A stretch of DNA of 36,981 nucleotides from a virus. Taxonomy: Duplodnaviria > Caudoviricetes. Within the stretch, counting starts at the first letter, position 1. Each line of letters opens with the position of its first letter. The notes beneath the pieces are model-generated. The model made no database searches. It saw only the letters and a program-made list of their open reading frames with translations, and was not told the origin of the DNA. Below, one piece after another: positions 34,342-36,981 of the stretch. Location of the stretch: the IMG/VR virus record IMGVR_UViG_3300023055_000014, positions 1-36,981 of that record, one strand, 5' to 3'. Made by a program: the position numbers and the translations under genes.

Positions 34342-36357
34342 TTGTCAGCCAATTTTATTCCCCAAGACTTTTCTGGCTCCAATACGATTACACATAGTGG
34401 CATTTTAAAGCACTTCAAAACAGTAGAGCCAGTACAAGCGCTAGCCGAGCTTATATGGAATGGGTTCGATGCAGGCGCCTCATTTGTCAATGTTTTGATT
34501 CAGAGCAACGACATAGATGGAACCGAACTATTAACCATTCTGGATAACGGTAAGGGCATTAATTTTAAATCACCACAAGACAACTTTCGACGCTTCAACG
34601 ACTCATTAAAAAAAGATTCTTATGACACGCACGGCTCTCACGGACGCGGCCGACTTGCATTCCATAAAATCTGCAATACAGCCACATGGTTTACAAGGTA
34701 CGAGGGCGGCAACGCCATCATTAGAGTTGCAAGCAGCAATCTTAGCGACATCGAAGGCCGGACCATTCCAACTGCTGAGCAACATCCCTTTCTTGATGGA
34801 AGCGACTCCGGGACATGCGTTGTCCTTTCTGATTTCAAGAACAATTTCCCTAGTCAAGACTTTATAATCTCTGAATTCAGGCGAATCTTTGGCGCGCACC
34901 TTGCCCTAATGCCGCATAAGTCTTTGCGCGTGAATGGTCACATTGTCACGCCGCAAGATCATGATTTATATGAAGTCAAGGTAAATTCCAAGGGCGATCA
35001 ATTTGAGGTTAAGCTCCTTCATTGGAAAGAGAAGCCTGGCTCTGAAAAGTCCTTCATCCACCTAATCAATACCAATAGCAAAATTCTTTATAAATTCCAC
35101 AGTAGTCTCAATCGCAAGCGTGGATATTATTCATCGATCTACGTGAGGTCCGCGCTTTTCGACCGATACAGCGACGACAGCGATTCTCTTCACGAACCAA
35201 TCGGAGCATTCCTTGTAAGCAGTCAGTTCAAGGAGCTAGAAAGTGAAATTGGCGCCTTTGCGAAGCGCATGTATGCCGAGTTCCTCATCAAACAAGCTGA
35301 AAAGCACGTATCTCAATTTGAAGAGGACGGTGATTTCCCTGAATATCCAAACTTGGATGCTCAAGAGTCAAAATGGCGCTTATCACATGTCAAGAACATC
35401 GTTAAGGCTGTATTGGTTCGCGAACCAAGCTTGCTGGTGGGAAATAATAAAAAACAGCGCCGACTGATCATAAGATTATTAGACAGACTGTCAGTTTCAA
35501 ACGAAAATAGCGGCATATTTGAAATTCTAGAAAGCATTCTAAATTTGGATGCCGCCGCCATGACAAAACTTGCCGATCAACTCAAAAAAACCAAGCTCGA
35601 CAATATTATAAACACCATTGAAATCCTGCAAAATCGAGAGCTGGCGATTTCCCAAATCAAGGAAATCATGAACACTCATTATGCCACAGTCCGCGAGACC
35701 CCTGACCTGCAGGCCGTTATTGAAAGTAACACATGGCTGTTCGGAGCCTCATACGAAATCCTAGGGGCTGAAGAGGCAAGTTTTACGGAAACCACTCGAA
35801 ATCTTCGCTCAACCATTAAAGAGATTGAGGGAGTAGATGTAGGCGACCTCGCTGAGGGAGTCGAAATCGAAGGTGCGAAAAAACAGGTAGACCTGCTGCT
35901 TGTCCGAAGACAGCCTCAGATCGACCCAAGCGGTAGAAAGTACTTCCGTTGCGTCATAGTAGAGATCAAGCGCCCCGGGGTATCATTAAATGACAAGCAT
36001 CTACAACAGCTGGACACGTATGCTTCAATTCTAAGTAGATACCCTGCTTTTAACAGCGATTTAACTCGATTCGAACTACTTCTCGTCGGCCGAAGCATTT
36101 CAAGTGAGGCATTTGCAATCCATAATCGCTTAGATACCTCTAAGATTCATGGTGAGCCTGGTTTGGTAACCTCTACCCCGAAGATCAAGACCTATATCAA
36201 AACCTGGCCCAGAATCTTCGATGAATTTGAACTTACTAATGACTATCTATTAGAACATCTGAAAACTCAGCGAGCTGACCTTTCATCAGCCACCAAAGAT
36301 GAGCTGTTGGCAGGCCTCACCAGTCGTAATCCTGTAGCCGAGCCGACGGAAGCTTAG
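34342..36357 (+). CDS. GHKL (MORC/HATPase-type) ATPase fused to a PD-(D/E)XK nuclease; candidate anti-phage protein
   Basis: ELIWNGFDA, DNGKG, GSHGRG and SGT Bergerat motifs; C-terminal NTWLFG...VDLLL...VEIKRP...QLDTY; GGGAG RBS with TTG start; AT-rich. Confidence 0.85.
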   Translation: MSANFIPQDFSGSNTITHSGILKHFKTVEPVQALAELIWNGFDAGASFVNVLIQSNDIDGTELLTILDNGKGINFKSPQDNFRRFNDSLKKDSYDTHGSHGRGRLAFHKICNTATWFTRYEGGNAIIRVASSNLSDIEGRTIPTAEQHPFLDGSDSGTCVVLSDFKNNFPSQDFIISEFRRIFGAHLALMPHKSLRVNGHIVTPQDHDLYEVKVNSKGDQFEVKLLHWKEKPGSEKSFIHLINTNSKILYKFHSSLNRKRGYYSSIYVRSALFDRYSDDSDSLHEPIGAFLVSSQFKELESEIGAFAKRMYAEFLIKQAEKHVSQFEEDGDFPEYPNLDAQESKWRLSHVKNIVKAVLVREPSLLVGNNKKQRRLIIRLLDRLSVSNENSGIFEILESILNLDAAAMTKLADQLKKTKLDNIINTIEILQNRELAISQIKEIMNTHYATVRETPDLQAVIESNTWLFGASYEILGAEEASFTETTRNLRSTIKEIEGVDVGDLAEGVEIEGAKKQVDLLLVRRQPQIDPSGRKYFRCVIVEIKRPGVSLNDKHLQQLDTYASILSRYPAFNSDLTRFELLLVGRSISSEAFAIHNRLDTSKIHGEPGLVTSTPKIKTYIKTWPRIFDEFELTNDYLLEHLKTQRADLSSATKDELLAGLTSRNPVAEPTEA

Positions 36358-36367
36358 CTCGGCTTTG

Positions 36368-36394
36368 GTGATGGGCCTAATAATGGCCCATCAC
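36368..36394. terminator. Hairpin between convergent genes
   Basis: GTGATGGGCC-taataat-GGCCCATCAC, perfect 10-bp stem. Confidence 0.7.
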
Positions 36395-36396
36395 AG

Positions 36397-36717
36397 TTAA
36401 AAAGGCGCCTCTTCCTCTTCGTGGCGCACCAGGCCCAGTTCAACTTCCCTCTCGATCACCCGGTCATCATCCGTCGGAGCATCCCATTGCAGGATCACCG
36501 ATCCGTCATCACAGGACGTCATGTCCAAGCCGTCAGTCTCTGACAGCAACTCCAGAATCGCGTCCCAATCCTGATCGCTGTCAGTGTCCATTTGATGGAT
36601 CAGAACCTTCCTGCCGAACTGCGCCAGCGGTGAGTTGATCATCGCCGAAACCCTCAGCCCTAAGCGCTCCAGTCCGGTGAGCTCATCCCTGCGTGCGAAA
36701 TTTTCCTGCACTGACAT
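36397..36717 (-). CDS. DUF1654-family protein, SOS-controlled
   Basis: LERLGLRVSAMINSPLAQ...DGSVILQW, acidic; GGAGG RBS before ATG 36717. Confidence 0.8.
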   Translation of the reverse strand: MSVQENFARRDELTGLERLGLRVSAMINSPLAQFGRKVLIHQMDTDSDQDWDAILELLSETDGLDMTSCDDGSVILQWDAPTDDDRVIEREVELGLVRHEEEEAPF

Positions 36718-36734
36718 CAGAAGCCTCCTACTAG

Positions 36735-36750
36735 CTGTATGCATATACAG
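36735..36750. promoter_or_regulatory. LexA (SOS) box
   Basis: CTGTATGCATATACAG = CTG-N10-CAG, 18 bp upstream of the DUF1654 start. Confidence 0.9.
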
Positions 36751-36765
36751 TATTTCAAAAATACA

Positions 36766-36820
36766 CAAGCGTGCTTGCATTCAATGCGCAAGCATGCTTT
36801 TATTTGTGCAAGTTCGCTTG
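36766..36820. promoter_or_regulatory. Left operator OL/pL: three operator copies
   Basis: CAAGCGTGCTTG 36766, CAAGCATGCTTT 36789, CAAGTTCGCTTG 36809; first pair has the same 23-bp spacing as OR. Confidence 0.85.
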
Positions 36821-36854
36821 CATTTGCATCGAGCCAGGTAGCTGCGGCAGCCAT

Positions 36855-36864
36855 CGCTCTTTAC
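36855..36864 (+). promoter_or_regulatory. boxA antitermination element (nutL-like)
   Basis: CGCTCTTTAC just downstream of OL/pL. Confidence 0.75.
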
Positions 36865-36981
36865 ACAACCAGACGTGACCACCTCGACGCACCCAGGCCA
36901 TTACCTGGGTCGGGACAAGCTAAGTCGTCGACCACGCAGCCTCTGGATAGCTGCCGGACTCCCCCATGGGAGGACGCCAAA

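Larger units (their letters stand above)
96..36981. mobile_element. Lambdoid temperate siphovirus (prophage or phage genome), continuing beyond the right edge
   Basis: Lysis, tail, head, packaging, replication and immunity modules in lambdoid order; att-like site at the left edge; early-left operon and own integrase not in the window. Confidence 0.95.

Noticed and set aside
36870-36940. HDV-like/theta ribozyme suggested by CCTC and GCTAA
   Set aside because: I could not build the required nested P1/P2/P3 double pseudoknot by eye; kept only as a generic structured leader

Overview
Most of a temperate lambdoid siphovirus genome with HK97-type head genes. The host is probably Pseudomonas (putida-like group), inferred from protein families, SOS boxes and the att target. 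Left to right: the 3' end of an integrase and an att core duplicating the start of an ABC-F (YbiT-like) gene; an accessory block (PD-(D/E)XK nuclease, LexA-controlled two-gene operon, two small paralogues, HEPN-motif protein); spanins and a putative endolysin; an inverted OafA-like AT3-SGNH O-acyltransferase moron; a tail fibre with three 160-aa repeats; tail and head operons; terminase, HNH and two holins; two convergent morons; a Q-like gene; an internal tyrosine recombinase; replication genes O/P with iterons; the cro-OR-cI switch; a GHKL ATPase-nuclease fusion at the lambda rexAB position; a LexA-controlled DUF1654 gene; OL; and a boxA plus structured leader. The most interesting signals are three candidate anti-phage genes, and a repeated layout in which each nuclease gene is faced by a convergent LexA-controlled small-gene unit. 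All assignments come from reading motifs and synteny by eye; no searches were run.
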